Made by a program: the position numbers and the translations under genes. Of a stretch of DNA of 64,000 nucleotides, positions 40,296 to 52,897 are shown piece after piece. Position 1 is the stretch's first letter. Each line of letters begins with the position of its first letter. This stretch comes from Eledone cirrhosa (lineage: Eukaryota). The DNA is taken from assembly GCA_964016885.1 (NCBI GenBank), contig OZ024741.1, forward strand, positions 52,204,001 to 52,268,000, in the 5' to 3' direction. The notes beneath the pieces are model-generated. The model saw only the letters and a list, made by a program, of their open reading frames with translations, was not told the DNA's origin and did not search any database.

Positions 40296-43200
40296 GTGAG
40301 CTATGCTGCCCTCTTCCCAGCACTTTCCCTTCCACCCACACACACCAGCCACCCACCCCTGATGCCGCTCGGTGCCCCAGTCCCGGCCCCACCCCTCCAA
40401 ATCGACACCTGCAGCACTTGCGACATTACTAAACAACGGAAGAGGGACTGGAACAATTTGGGGTGCGGCTGCTTCCACCACCTCACCTGCGTTAGCTTGA
40501 CTCGTCGAGCTTCCAATGCCCTCACAGCGTGGAGGTGCAGGAGCTGCCTCTTCCCCACGTCTTCCCAGCCACGTCCGTCTGGCACACCACCAGAGAGGAT
40601 AGCGAGCTTGCCTGACGCCCGAATCTCGCTGGTCAACATCGCTCAGCTCAGGTGGCTCCGGAAGACCCCACTCAGGATCCCGATAGCGGCACGGGTGCCG
40701 GTAGCCGATGCCCTCGCTTCCTCGATTGTGAGCGCCATGGACTCCAATCGAGCCAGTGACTGGGAGCGGCTGTTCTATTTCGCCCCACTCGCCCTCGGCC
40801 TGCCCAGCTCTGGATGCGGTCGGTCAACAGTAGCCTTCGTTTGGCCTATGTCTCGAAATTTGGGCGAGCGCCCATTCCAAGCGTGCCCAGGGACGCCACA
40901 CACCCCACCCTCAGGTACCCCCTATCCTCCACTCCCGAGGCCATCGCCAAGCATTTGCGTGACCAGGTAAACGCAAAGCTTATCATGGGTGATGTCTCGG
41001 CCGCAGTCAAAGTTGTTGCCTCAGAGGACACTGTCCTCCAACCCACCGAGGAGATCCTGGCTGCTCTGCGGCTCAAACACCCTGATCCACCCACTGATCT
41101 CAGACCCATACCCCCACCTGCTCCTTGTGTCTACTGATGCAGATATCATGTCCGCCATCAGGTCCTTCCCAGCTAGCAGCTGCGGAGGTGTTGATGGTCT
41201 CCGACCAGGCCACCTCGAGGAGTTGACATACCCCCTCTCCGCTGAGGCCGGGCCACGCCTTCTGAGTGCAATTGTGGCGCTCACCAATAGGCTCATTCAT
41301 GGTGCCCTCGACCCTTACGCCCGAGGCCTCTTTTTTTCGGCCAGCCTCACCGCTCTCAGAAAGAAAGTGGGTGGCATACGCCCCATTGCTGTGCGCAATG
41401 TCTTCCGGGGGGGGGGGCTGCCAAGGTGATCTGCAAGTCCGTCACACACGAACTGGGTGAGGAATTTAGTCCGGTGCAACTGGGTGTCGGCGTGTCCGGT
41501 GGCTGTGAGGGAGCCTCTCATGCAATCAAGCAGTTCTTCAGCAGCTGCCCATCGGTACCGGCATCCAGGGACTCCAGGCACCTCATTGTCAAGCTCGACA
41601 TGAGGAATGCCTTTAACTCTTTACGCCGGAATCATCTGCTCGAGGCCTGCCTCAGCCGAGCACCTCTGCCTACCCGCTGGCCTACCTGTCATATGGAGCC
41701 CCGAGCATGCTCCTAACTGCTGATACGGTCATACCCTCGGCGACTGTGGTCCAACAGGGCGACCCTTTGGGACCCCACCTGTTCGCCCTTGATATTGACC
41801 ACATCGCCCTGAGTATCACGACCCCTCAACGTTTGGTATCTGGATGATGCTACGTTGGGCGGTCCCGTATGGACGGTCTGCCAAGACCTTCAATCGGTGA
41901 TTCCTACCCTGGCAGGAATCGGCCTCCAGGTCAACTCGGCCAAGTCGGTGGTGGTGAACGTCAGCCTCGATGCTGCGAGCTTTGCAGCCCACGTCTTGGA
42001 CGTGCGGTCCATTCTCAGCCAGGTTCAGGTGACCCCTAAAGAGGATGTCCTCATCCTCGAGTCACCGATCCACCCGCCAGCCATCCGCTCCACCATCAGG
42101 TCCAGGCTTCAACAGCTCCAGACTCTCACGAGCTGACTGGGCTTGATTGACGGCTACCCAGCTCTCTTTCTGCTGAGGAACTGCTTCGCCATGCCGAAGC
42201 TCCTCTATACACTCCGCAGCGCTCCATGCTACACCCAGACATTCTCCTCGCTGACCTCGATACTTGTATCCGAGCAGCAGCCGAGGGGATTTGCAACGTC
42301 AAGTTTAATGACATAGGGTGGTAACAGCTACTTTACTGGTCAGGTATGGCGGCCTAGGGGTCCGGTCCCGGATCTCACTAGCTTTTCCGGCGTATCTTTC
42401 GTAGGTAACCTCGTGCCACGTCCTCGTCAGCAGGGTTCTTCATAACACAACAGAACCCTCTGTGTCCAGAGAACGTGAGGCCGCCTGTGAGACGTGGGAC
42501 CGGCTAGGACTTAGCCCAGTAGACGTCCCTCCTCCTTCTTCCCCTGTTGACGTCAAGTCCCCCCAACGCACTTAGGATGCCATCCAGTGCAGCCTGGCCT
42601 CAGACAGGCTCACGCGCCAGCTTGATCAGCACCGCCTTGCTTGTTTTCGTGCGGCCTCCAAACCCCACAGTGGTGCCTGGCTTCATGCTCTGCCCTCCTT
42701 CTCCACTGGCACGCAGCTAGACAACCACAGCCTGCGAATCGGCGTTTCCCTGAAGCTCTGCCTCCGGATCGGCCAGCCACACCAGTGTCGCTGCGGTTCC
42801 ACCGTGGACTCTTTCGGCCTCCACCCGCTTTCCTGTCGCCACAGTGCCGGCCGCATTCCACGCCATACTGCTCTCAACGAGGTCATTAAGCATGGCTTGG
42901 ACGCTTCCAGCTCGAGCCGGTGGGGCTGGATCGAGGGGACGGCAAAAGGCCAGATGGCATGACCATCTTCCCGTTCCGTGGTGGCAAACCCCTCGTCTGG
43001 GATTCCACTTGCACCGACACTTTCTGCAGCCGCAACCTGGTGCAGTCTGCGACTGACCCAGGTTCTGCTGCACGTCGGGCTGAGGGGGGCCAAACTCCTC
43101 AAATACCGGTCGCTCTCCGACAGGTTTGCGGTCATTCCCCTGGCAGTGGAAACTTCTGGTGTCCTCGGCCCCAGTGCTACCTCCTTACTCACCACCATAG

Positions 43201-43346
43201 GCGCTGAGCTGGACAGCCGCAGGTGTGAGCCCGGCGAGTTGGAGTGGCTTTTCCAGCGCGTCTCCCTTGCCGTCCTCCGGGGAAACGCCTTCTCCATTCT
43301 GGCTGCCGAGGCTGTGGGTGGGCCCCATCGCGTACCAATACATTAG
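40296..43346 (+). mobile_element. Decayed, near-full-length CRE-clade non-LTR retrotransposon (PHD finger - RT - Zn knuckle - restriction-like endonuclease)
   Basis: GC-rich island. CSTC..CGCFHHLTC..WRCRSC; RT motifs GGIRPIAV, QLGVGVSGGCE, KLDMRNAFNS, QQGDPLGP, WYLDD; CRCG..HPLSC..RH; RLE RPDG..VWD..KY..PLAVETSG..FQRVSLAVLRGNA. Several frameshifts and stops. Confidence 0.88.
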
Positions 43347-44930
43347 TTATATACCATTCTTTCATCATTACAACTTATATCCACATTAATGACGTATTAT
43401 CTTTGTTGTCACTGTATTTCTCTATGATATATACTCAGCTGAAAATGAGTACCAGCTGTAGCTGGGAGGTTAACCCTGCAAAGGACTGGCGTCCTGTCCA
43501 AGAGGAAGTTTTAGATTGCCGTTTAACGTCAAGAAGACCGAGATAAGCACCGGCCTGATGAGCATCTGGGCTTGAGACAGATTTTAGCCTTTGTTTCCTA
43601 CTTTATTCTGTATTGTCTGTTCTATGTATAACATTAATATCCTTTATTGCTATAGCTGAACCCACTATTCAATGTAAATCCCTCACCGTGTCCGTTACTT
43701 TTCTATGTATTTCGCTTTTGTACTGACCGCTCATCTCATCCACTTTGTTGTTAATAGAAGAAATGAAGCCTCATGACGTCGAACAACATGATTTCTGGTA
43801 TTTGTTCCAGCTCTAGACGTCCTTAGTTCAAATCTCACTGAGGTCAACTTCACCTTTTATCCTTAAGGGCTTGATAAAATATAGCACTGAGGAAGTCCTG
43901 GGGTCAATTTAAATGACTTAGAATTCCCTTGTATGAATGGTGGGTGAGAGCGGCGAGATTGATGAGGTCGAACAAGCCTAATCTAACTATGCTTTCTTAA
44001 GTCGGAACAAAACCAGGACAGGGCACTTTCAATACTGGCGAGGTAACCAAGTAATCCGGGGCTTTGTGTGGTGTTTATCTCTGGAACTACTCAGTCCTCC
44101 ACTACTGGGGAATTTGACCTTGTTGACATTTGTTTTGTTTCTTTCTGTTACATATTCATCACAATTTCTAATGTTATTCCTACTGTTTTCACTTCAGTGA
44201 TGTCCCCTTTCCTTTACTTGATGTAAATCCTACTGTATTGTGTTGTCTGTCCTTGTATTGTCCCCAGTTTATTGGGCTTTTGTGACCAATAAAAGAAATT
44301 ACGTTCTGTGTTGAAATCCCACAGATTTCAGCTTTACCTTTCTTCCTTAAGAGATCTATAAAAATCAATCACCATTCGTAGGAGTCAATTTAATCGATTT
44401 CCCACCCTCCCATTCAAATTGCTGGCGTATGCCAAAAGTAGAAATTTATTACACCTCAGTTCAAGTCCTACTTTGTCAACTTTGCCTCCATCGTTCCGAA
44501 GTCGATGAAATAAAGTACCCGCCAAGTACAGGAGTTGATATAATAAACTGTTCCCATCCCTGTTGGCCAGAATCAGAAATCATAATTTCTTAAATATAAA
44601 AAAAAAAAAAATAATTATGAAGAGACGGAAACCGAAGAAGGCTCCTTTGAAATCTCATTTTAGTTCAACCTACTTCCACGTGAACATTTGATAGACAGAA
44701 AAAGTTTTAAAAAGGTAAAAGAATAAAAACCGGAATCAATCAATCTGTCTATGTCTGTAGACGTTCACGTTAAATTCTCGCGTGACTTAGTCAAATATCG
44801 ACCAAACCACGATTTTCTTGGACGAAAAACGAAAAATATAAAAGATTTGTTCTAAAGCCGTTTAAAAATGGATAAATCATCCGTTAAGAATTGTTCACGT
44901 GATTGCTGGATGTGGTTTGGTTGGTTGAGT

Positions 44931-47900
44931 AGTGGTGGAGGTGGTGATAGTGGTAGTAGTCGTGGTGGATGTGGTGGTAGTCGTGGTGGAGGTGGTGGTG
45001 GTGGTGAAGGTGGTGGTGGCAGTAGTCGTGGCGAAGGTGGTGGTAGTAGTCGTGGTGAAGGTAGTGGTGGTGGCAGTAGTCGTGGTGAAGGTGGTGGTAG
45101 TAGTCGTGGTGAAGGTAGTGGTGGTGGCAGTAGTCGTGGTGAAGGTGGTGGTAGTAGTCGTGGTGAAGGTGGTGGTAGTAGTCGTGGTGAAGGTAGTGGT
45201 GGTGGCAGTAGTCGTGGCGAAGGTGGTGGTAGTAGTCGTGGTGAAGGTAGTGGTGGCAGTAGTCGTGGCGAAGGTAGTGGTGGCAGTAGTCGTGGCGAAG
45301 GTAGTGGTGGTGGCAGTAGTCGTGGTGAAGGTGGTGGTGGTGGCAGTAGTCGTTGTGAAGGTGGTGGTAGTAGTCGTGGTGAAGGTGGTGGTAGTAGTCG
45401 TGGTGAAGGTGGTGGCAGTACTCGTGGTGAAGGTGGTGGTGGTAGTAGTCGTGGTGAAGGTGGTGGCAGTAGTCGTGGCGAAGGTGGTGGCAGTAGTCGT
45501 GGCGAAGGTGGTGGTAGTAGTCGTGGTGAAGGTGGTGGTAGTAGTCGTGGTGAAGGTGGTGGCAGTAGTCGTGGCGAAGGTGGTGGTAGTAGTCGTGGTG
45601 AAGGTGGTGGTAGTAGTCGTGGTGAAGGTGGTGGTAGTAGTCGTGGTGAAGGTGGTGGCAGTAGTCGTGGTGAAGGTGGTGGTAGTAGTCGTGGTGAAGG
45701 TGGTGGTAGTAGTCGTGGTGAAGGTGGTGGTAGTAGTCGTGGTGAAGGTGGTGGCAGTAGTCGTGGCGAAGGTGGTGGTAGTAGTCGTGGTGAAGGTGGT
45801 GGTAGTAGTCGTGGTGAAGGTGGTGGCAGTAGTCGTGGCGAAGGTGGTGGTAGTAGTCGTGGTGAAGGTGGTGGTAGTAGTCGTGGTGAAGGTGGTGGCA
45901 GTAGTCGTGGCGAAGGTGGTGGTAGTAGTCGTGGTGAAGGTGGTGGTAGTAGTCGTGGTGAAGGTGGTGGCAGTAGTCGTGGCGAAGGTGGTGGTAGTAG
46001 TCGTGGTGAAGGTGGTGGCAGTAGTCGTGGTGAAGGTGGTGGTAGTAGTCGTGGTGAAGGTGGTGGCAGTAGTCGTGGCGAAGGTGGTGGTAGTAGTCGT
46101 GGTGAAGGTGGTGGTAGTAGTCGTGGTGAAGGTGGTGGCAGTAGTCGTGGCGAAGGTGGTGGTAGTAGTCGTGGTGAAGGTGGTGGCAGTAGTCGTGGTG
46201 AAGGTGGTGGTAGTAGTCGTGGTGAAGGTGGTGGCAGTAGTCGTGGCGAAGGTGGTGGTAGTAGTCGTGGTGAAGGTGGTGGTAGTAGTCGTGGTGAAGG
46301 TGGTGGCAGTAGTCGTGGCGAAGGTGGTGGTAGTAGTCGTGGTGAAGGTGGTGGCAGTAGTCGTGGTGAAGGTGGTGGTAGTAGTCGTGGTGAAGGTGGT
46401 GGCAGTAGTCGTGGCGAAGGTGGTGGTAGTAGTCGTGGTGAAGGTGGTGGCAGTAGTCGTGGCGAAGGTGGTGGTAGTAGTCGTGGTGAAGGTGGTGGCA
46501 GTAGTCGTGGCGAAGGTGGTGGTAGTAGTCGTGGTGAAGGTGGTGGTAGTAGTCGTGGTGAAGGTGGTGGCAGTAGTCGTGGCGAAGGTGGTGGTAGTAG
46601 TCGTGGTGAAGGTGGTGGTAGTAGTCGTGGTGAAGGTGGTGGTAGTAGTCGTGGTGAAGGTGGTGGTAGTAGTCGTGGTGAAGGTGGTGGCAGTAGTCGT
46701 GGCGAAGGTGGTGGTAGTAGTACTCGTGGTGAAGGTGGTGGTGGCAGTACTCGTGGTGAAGGTGGTGGTAGTAGTCGTGGTGAAGGTGGTGGCAGTAGTC
46801 GTGGTGAAGGTGGTGGTAGTAGTCGTGGTGAAGGTGGTGGCAGTAGTCGTGGCGAAGGTGGTGGTAGTAGTCGTGGTGAAGGTGGTGGCAGTAGTCGTGG
46901 TGAAGGTGGTGGTAGTAGTCGTGGTGAAGGTGGTGGTAGTAGTCGTGGTGAAGGTGGTGGCAGTAGTCGTGGCGAAGGTGGTGGTAGTAGTACTCGTGGT
47001 GAAGGTGGTGGTGGCAGTACTCGTGGTGAAGGTGGTGGTAGTAGTCGTGGTGAAGGTGGTGGCAGTAGTCGTGGTGAAGGTGGTGGTAGTAGTCGTGGTG
47101 AAGGTGGTGGTGGCAGTACTCGTGGTGAAGGTGGTGGTAGTAGTCGTGGTGAAGGTGGTGGTGGCAGTACTCGTGGTGAAGGTGGTGGTAGTAGTCGTGG
47201 TGAAGGTGGTGGTAGTAGTCGTGGTGAAGGTGGTGGCAGTAGTCGTGGCGAAGGTGGTGGTAGTAGTACTCGTGGTGAAGGTGGTGGTGGCAGTACTCGT
47301 GGTGAAGGTGGTGGTAGTAGTCGTGGTGAAGGTGGTGGCAGTAGTCGTGGCGAAGGTGGTGGTAGTAGTCGTGGTGAAGGTGGTGGCAGTAGTCGTGGTG
47401 AAGGTGGTGGTAGTAGTCGTGGTGAAGGTGGTGGTAGTAGTCGTGGTGAAGGTGGTGGCAGTAGTCGTGGCGAAGGTGGTGGTAGTAGTCGTGGTGAAGG
47501 TGGTGGTAGTAGTACTCGTGGTGAAGGTGGTGGTGGCAGTACTCGTGGTGAAGGTGGTGGTAGTCGTGGTGAAGGTGGTGGTAGTCGTGGCGAAGGTGGT
47601 GGTGGCAGTAGTCGTCGTGGTGGAGGTAGCAGTAGTCGTCGTGGTGGAGGTAGCAGTAGTCGTCGTGGTGGAGGTGGCAGTAGTCGTCGTGGTGGAGGTA
47701 GCAGTAGTCGTCGTGGTGGAGGTAGCAGTAGTCGTCGTGGTGGAGGTGGCAGTAGTCGTCGTGGTGGAGGTGGCAGTAGTCGTCGTGGTGGAGGTAGCAG
47801 TAGTCGTCGTGGTGGAGGTAGCAGTAGTCGTCGTGGTGGAGGTAGCAGTAGTCGTCGTGGTGAAGGTGGTGGTAGTCGTCGTGGTGAAGGTGGTGGTGGT

Positions 47901-48620
47901 AGTAGTCGTGGTGAAGGTGGTGGTGGTAGTAGTCGTGGTGAAGGTGGTGGTAGTAGTACTCGTGGTGAAGGTGGTGGTGGTAGTAGTCGTGGTGAAGGTG
48001 GTGGTGGTAGTAGTCGTGGTGAAGGTGGTGGTAGTAGTCGTGGTGAAGGTGGTGGTGGCAGTACTCGTGGTGAAGGTGGTGGTAGTAGTACTCGTGGTGA
48101 AGGTGGTGGTGGCAGTACTCGTGGTGAAGGTGGTGGTGGCAGTACTCGTGGTGAAGGTGGTGGTGGCAGTACTCGTGGTGAAGGTGGTGGTGGCAGTACT
48201 CGTGGTGAAGGTGGTGGTGGCAGTACTCGTGGTGAAGGTGGTGGTGGCAGTACTCGTGGTGAAGGTGGTGGTGGCAGTACTCGTGGTGAAGGTGGTGGTG
48301 GCAGTACTCGTGGTGAAGGTGGTGGTGGCAGTACTCGTGGTGAAGGTGGTGGTAGTCGTGGCGAAGGTGGTGGTGGCAGTAGTCGTCGTGGTGGAGGTAG
48401 CAGTTGTCGTCGTGGTGGAGGTAGCAGTAGTCGTCGTGGTGGAAGTAGCAGTAGTCGTCGTGGTGGAGGTAGCAGTAGTCGTCGTGGTGGAGGTAGCAGT
48501 AGTCGTCGTGGTGGAGGTAGCAGTAGTCGTCGTGGTGGAGGTAGCAGTAGTCGTCGTGGTGGAGGTAGCAGTAGTCGTAGTGGTGGAGGTGGTGGCAGTC
48601 GTTATAAAAGTGGAGGTGGT
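44931..48620. repeat. 3.7-kb minisatellite of 24-bp (and 27-bp) units derived from GGT/AGT triplets
   Basis: Unit GAAGGTGGTGG(T/C)AGTAGTCGTGG(T/C); sub-blocks with ..AGTACTCGT.. and CGTCGTGGTGGAGGTAGCAGTAGT variants. Confidence 0.97.
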
Positions 48621-48859
48621 GACGTTTTGCGATATAGAGACGGTGTTTGTGGTAGTATTAATGATGGTACCAATAATAGCTGTAATAAGTGTGTGCTAGC
48701 ACTAGTAAGGTAGGTAAGCAGTAGTAGTAACTAATTGTATTCTTGTCTGAGTTTTTGAAGAAAACTAGTTTGAAGCACGCAAAATTTTCTTTATTACAAC
48801 TCCCACAATACTCTGACACACACTAACATCGCCTCACGCACAAACCTTGACTCTAAAGT

Positions 48860-49090
48860 ATCTGAAGCCAGAGGGCTCACCAGACCGGTGCTTATCTCGG
48901 TTTCAAATGGCTGAGTATACGACTCCATACCTCCTGGACAGAACGTCAGTCCGTCGCTTCTACTGCTGCTACTTATTTTCAGCTGAGTGTACTGGAGTCA
49001 CGTGAGAAGTGTTTTGCATGAGAACACAACATACAATCCGGTTCAGGAATCGAACCCCCGACATTATGATGTTAAGTTCAACACTTAACA
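48860..49090 (-). mobile_element. SINE with V-domain-like segment
   Basis: tRNA-like head, GCGACGGACTGACGTTCTGTCCAGG segment and GAAACCGAGATAAGCACCGG tail; 3' half also at 43430-43590 (+). Confidence 0.65.
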
Positions 49091-49234
49091 TATACAGAGA
49101 GAGAGAGAAAGAGCGAGAGGCTGATGGATAGATCGAAATAGATTGGTAAACAGGTATAGGGAGAGATGGACCAATAGACAGAGAAACAGAGACTGATATA
49201 CTAAAAAGTACCGATAAAGTGACAAGTCAGGCAA

Positions 49235-49606
49235 TCATATTGATGGCCTCCCCACAGCCCCGGCGGACAGAATGGAGCAGACGTTTCCCCGGGAGACGGC
49301 AAGGGAGACGCGCTGGAAGAGCCATTCCAGCTCGCGAGGCTTACATCTACGGCTGGCCAGTTCAGCGCCTATGGTGGTGAGTAAGGAGGTAGCCCTAGTG
49401 CCGAGGACACCAGAAGTCTCCAATGCCAAGGGTACGACCGCAAACCTGTCGGAAAGCGACCGGTATTTGGAGAGTTTGGCCTCCTCAGCCCAACGTGCAG
49501 CAGAACCTGGGCTAGTCACAGACTGCACCAGGTTGCAGTTGGAGAAAGTCGGTGCAAGTGGCATCCCAGACGAGGGGTTTGCCACCGCGGAACGGGAAGA
49601 TGGTCA
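49235..49606 (-). mobile_element. 5'-truncated 3' fragment of the same CRE family (RLE domain)
   Basis: NLVQSVTSPGSAARWAEEAKLSKYRSLSDRFAVVPLALETSGVLG..FQRVSLAVSRGN closely matches 42960-43320. Confidence 0.85.
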
Positions 49607-50874
49607 TTACTAGTGCATGTACCGTCACTAACACTAATACTTTCACCCACCCAGAAACAATCACACTCGCACATACTCACATTGATGCGTACATAGACAC
49701 ATGGACGCTTACCCGCACACATACACAATCAATCGCTGGTTGCACACACTACGTTAAGGGTGCTCTTATCTGTTGAATTATCAGTCACACGATAATTTCA
49801 TGAGCATCGTGATTTAAGGGAGTTTTGGCTTCTATTTCTAAAAGGTTGAAGGACAAACTAATGATTCCATCTCAGCTGTGGCACCCCACCCCTGACAATC
49901 AGGTGAACGGTGTCTTGCCGTGATATCCATTCATAACCAAAGCACTGAGTACATTGCAGTGGATACTACTTACATGCATGTTAACTATGTCATTGTTAGT
50001 TAAGTAACATTTTTCACATCTATTACCATAAGATGGTAGCTCAAAGAAATAGTGGACAACACTTGCTAAGACACTAGCGCCATTGGTTTCCATGGCAAGC
50101 CAAGAAGCTTCACTAACTCTAATATTGTATGTATGGAGACAGCACCTAGTAGAGTCGTATAGGCGCTGTAGTGACAATACAATATTGTCTTTTAAACTCG
50201 GCGGAGCCCATCTCTTCAGATCTGAAGATGGCCATTTTTTCCAGAGTAAGGAAAGAGAGTGATAGAGAGGACGTGAGAAAGAGATACAGAGATATCGACC
50301 CCAGTACTGGACTGGTGCTTTTTCATTAACCTCAGGATGAAAGGCAAAGTTGACAGCAAAATTTGAACTCAGCGCGCCGAGAACCGGAATGAATACAGTA
50401 AAGTATTCTATCCGAAATTCTAACGATTACCAATTTGCCGCCTAAATCCCATTAATTTGCAAAACATATCTTTCACAAAGCTAACAAGGATCTGTAGGTT
50501 TATTTTCGTGTGATTCAAACGACTGTCCAATTGTATAATTGGTTCTACTCAAAGCATAGCCAATCAGAATTGTACGTATACAAACTGTAGGGGTGCCGTC
50601 GAGAAATAGGACGCAACTTGGACATTTTAAACCCGACATAGCAGATCTTTCTCCTGGTCGGAACACAGCTGCAATGTATTCCAGAGTAAGAAAGAAAGAG
50701 AGGAAGAATCGACTCCTGTACTGGATTGGTACATTATCGACCTCGAAAGCATGAAAGGAAAAGTTGAGATCGGCGGGATTTGAACTCAGAGAGCAGAGAC
50801 TGGGAGAAAATACCAAGGCATTTAAAAATAAAACACCCCACGACTCTACCAGTTCGTCGTCGTCGCCTTATTGG

Positions 50875-51225
50875 CATAGAGTTCCGGCCTTTGTATTCTG
50901 AGTTCAAATCTCGCCAAGTTAGCTTTGCATTTCATCCATACGGAGTCGATAAAATAAAGCACCAGTAATGCACTGCGATCGATTTGCCCCTCCCTAAAAT
51001 TGCTGGCCTTGTGCCTAAATCAGAAACCATTGAGCGTCGAACAGATTCGTGGCATAGAGTTACGCCCCTTTGCGTTCTGAGTTCAAATCCCGCCGAGGTT
51101 GGTTTTGTCGCATCCTTACGGGATCGATAAAATAAAGCACCAGTCATGCACTTGGGTCGATTTAATTGACTTTCCTTCTTCCAGATTGTTAGTTTTGTGC
51201 CTAAATCAGAAACCATTATTATCAT
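50875..51225 (+). mobile_element. Two tandem SINE family A copies
   Basis: Two successive B-box/core/tail units (about 50875-51030 and 51035-51225). Confidence 0.8.
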
Positions 51226-51266
<41 letters not shown>

Positions 51267-52875
51267 AAATATAAGTCGAACGCGGCTGCAATAATACGCT
51301 TGTTAGAAAAGAAAAATGTTTCAACGTATTGGACTAGTCCACAAGGAAAGATTAAAATTCGGAGACAGAGCCGGCTGAAAGGGTGGAGAACAAAAAAAAA
51401 AAAAAAAAAAAAAAAACCGCTGTTTTTATTTTTACGATGAGCGAGGAGAGCAGGCAAGTAGCCCATGTCCCCGTAACTGGTGCAGTCAGTCATTGGGGTG
51501 TCACTCTAGACGTTTGACTGTGTCCCTCATAGTATTTCAATGGGCCTTTAAGCAGAGGGTGATTAATGTGGCACAATTAGTAGCTCACTAACTACACGTT
51601 ATACGAATTTGTCCAATCAATGATAAAATTAATGTTACTTTTCAAAGCCTATATTGTATTAAACTGCCAACAAGGAGTATTGTTTGTAAGCGGAGGGCTT
51701 GGCCCACAAATTACACTATTACCATCTTGAGTAGAGATACATTAGATAACGTAATCACAGAGACACAATACTTAAAATAAGGACAGTATGGTAATTTCTA
51801 GAAAACGTTCTATTATATGTATGCTCAATTAGAGCTGACTTGTCACAAATGAAAATATATTATCCAGGAATTAAAGAGATCTTCAATTGTTAGACACAAA
51901 CTATATATGTTGCTCTTACTATATCAACGTAGGCCACTTTATATTCATATAATGTTTATACATTATTTCACTCATACATATATTTATATGCATGTGTATA
52001 TACGTATATATCTTATGTACCCGTTTACAATATGCTTACATACTGTACACGCATTGAATGCTTTATTTATATTATGCACAAAATATACAGCATATATCGA
52101 CTTGTAAACACACATAGTATATCTACTCCTCTGAAAAAGGAAAAACAAAACAACATTCTTTATATATGTACACACACACTTATACATACGCGCACACATT
52201 TAGATAGATTTCATCCATACTGTTGAAATATACGTATAAACAAATTTGCGTACATGCCCACGCTTATAAATCAGTTTATATATACACGCACATACATTAT
52301 CCACGTACATATTATATACATACATACAAGTTAGACGCCTTAAATCCTAGCTAATTTATACAGATGTAAAAATAAAGAAAAAGCAGATTTGTCATACCCA
52401 CATAAAAACTCAAGACAATAAAAATCCCCACAAAAACAAACACAGAAAAAAAAAAACCGATTAAAATCATCTCCACTTTTCATTACAACAGTTACAATAA
52501 AATTAACCGATATAAAATATATTTAAACATCAAACACAAATACATGTACAAAAAAATATAAATGTAAATACTTCCATCATACCACTTCACACAAAAGCCA
52601 CACACACACACTTCAAAAATGGTAAATAAACGAAACATTAAAGAACATTAAAAGATGAAAGTGAAACGAATGAGATTTCATAGTGAAAACAGACAAGAAA
52701 AATAAAATGAAAAAAACGAAGAATGTAAAAACAAGACACTAGTCTCCTCCAAAATAAAATTAAAACAATAAAAATATTTCTAAGTGGTTACAGCTTCTCG
52801 AATAGTAGTAAGGCAAAGCAAAAATGAAAGAACTGAAAAGATTATCAGATACTACTGAAATCTAACGAAACTCAC

Positions 52876-52897
52876 CGCGATAAACTAATAACGCCAT
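52876..52897 (-). CDS. Candidate distal start exon (MALLVYR), giving a 374-aa ZP protein
   Basis: caagATGGCG context, consensus donor G|GTGAGT, phase 1. Spliced to 38365 it gives a plausible signal peptide MALLVYRASCFYCWILFSMIALLSG. It could instead be a UTR exon or belong to another gene. Confidence 0.45.

Noticed and set aside
43535-43580. CTGATGAGC..GCTTGAGAC as a hammerhead
   Set aside because: No stem I or proper GAAA geometry; it is the tail of the V-type SINE (second copy near 48870).
44931-48620. CRISPR-like array
   Set aside because: Contiguous tandem units without unique spacers; eukaryotic context with no cas genes.
44868-48713. 1281-aa Gly/Ser/Arg ORF and 1255-aa Val ORF as genes
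   Set aside because: Several frames are open purely because of repeat composition, and there is no signal peptide or unique domain. Not called as CDS; kept as an alternative hypothesis in findings.
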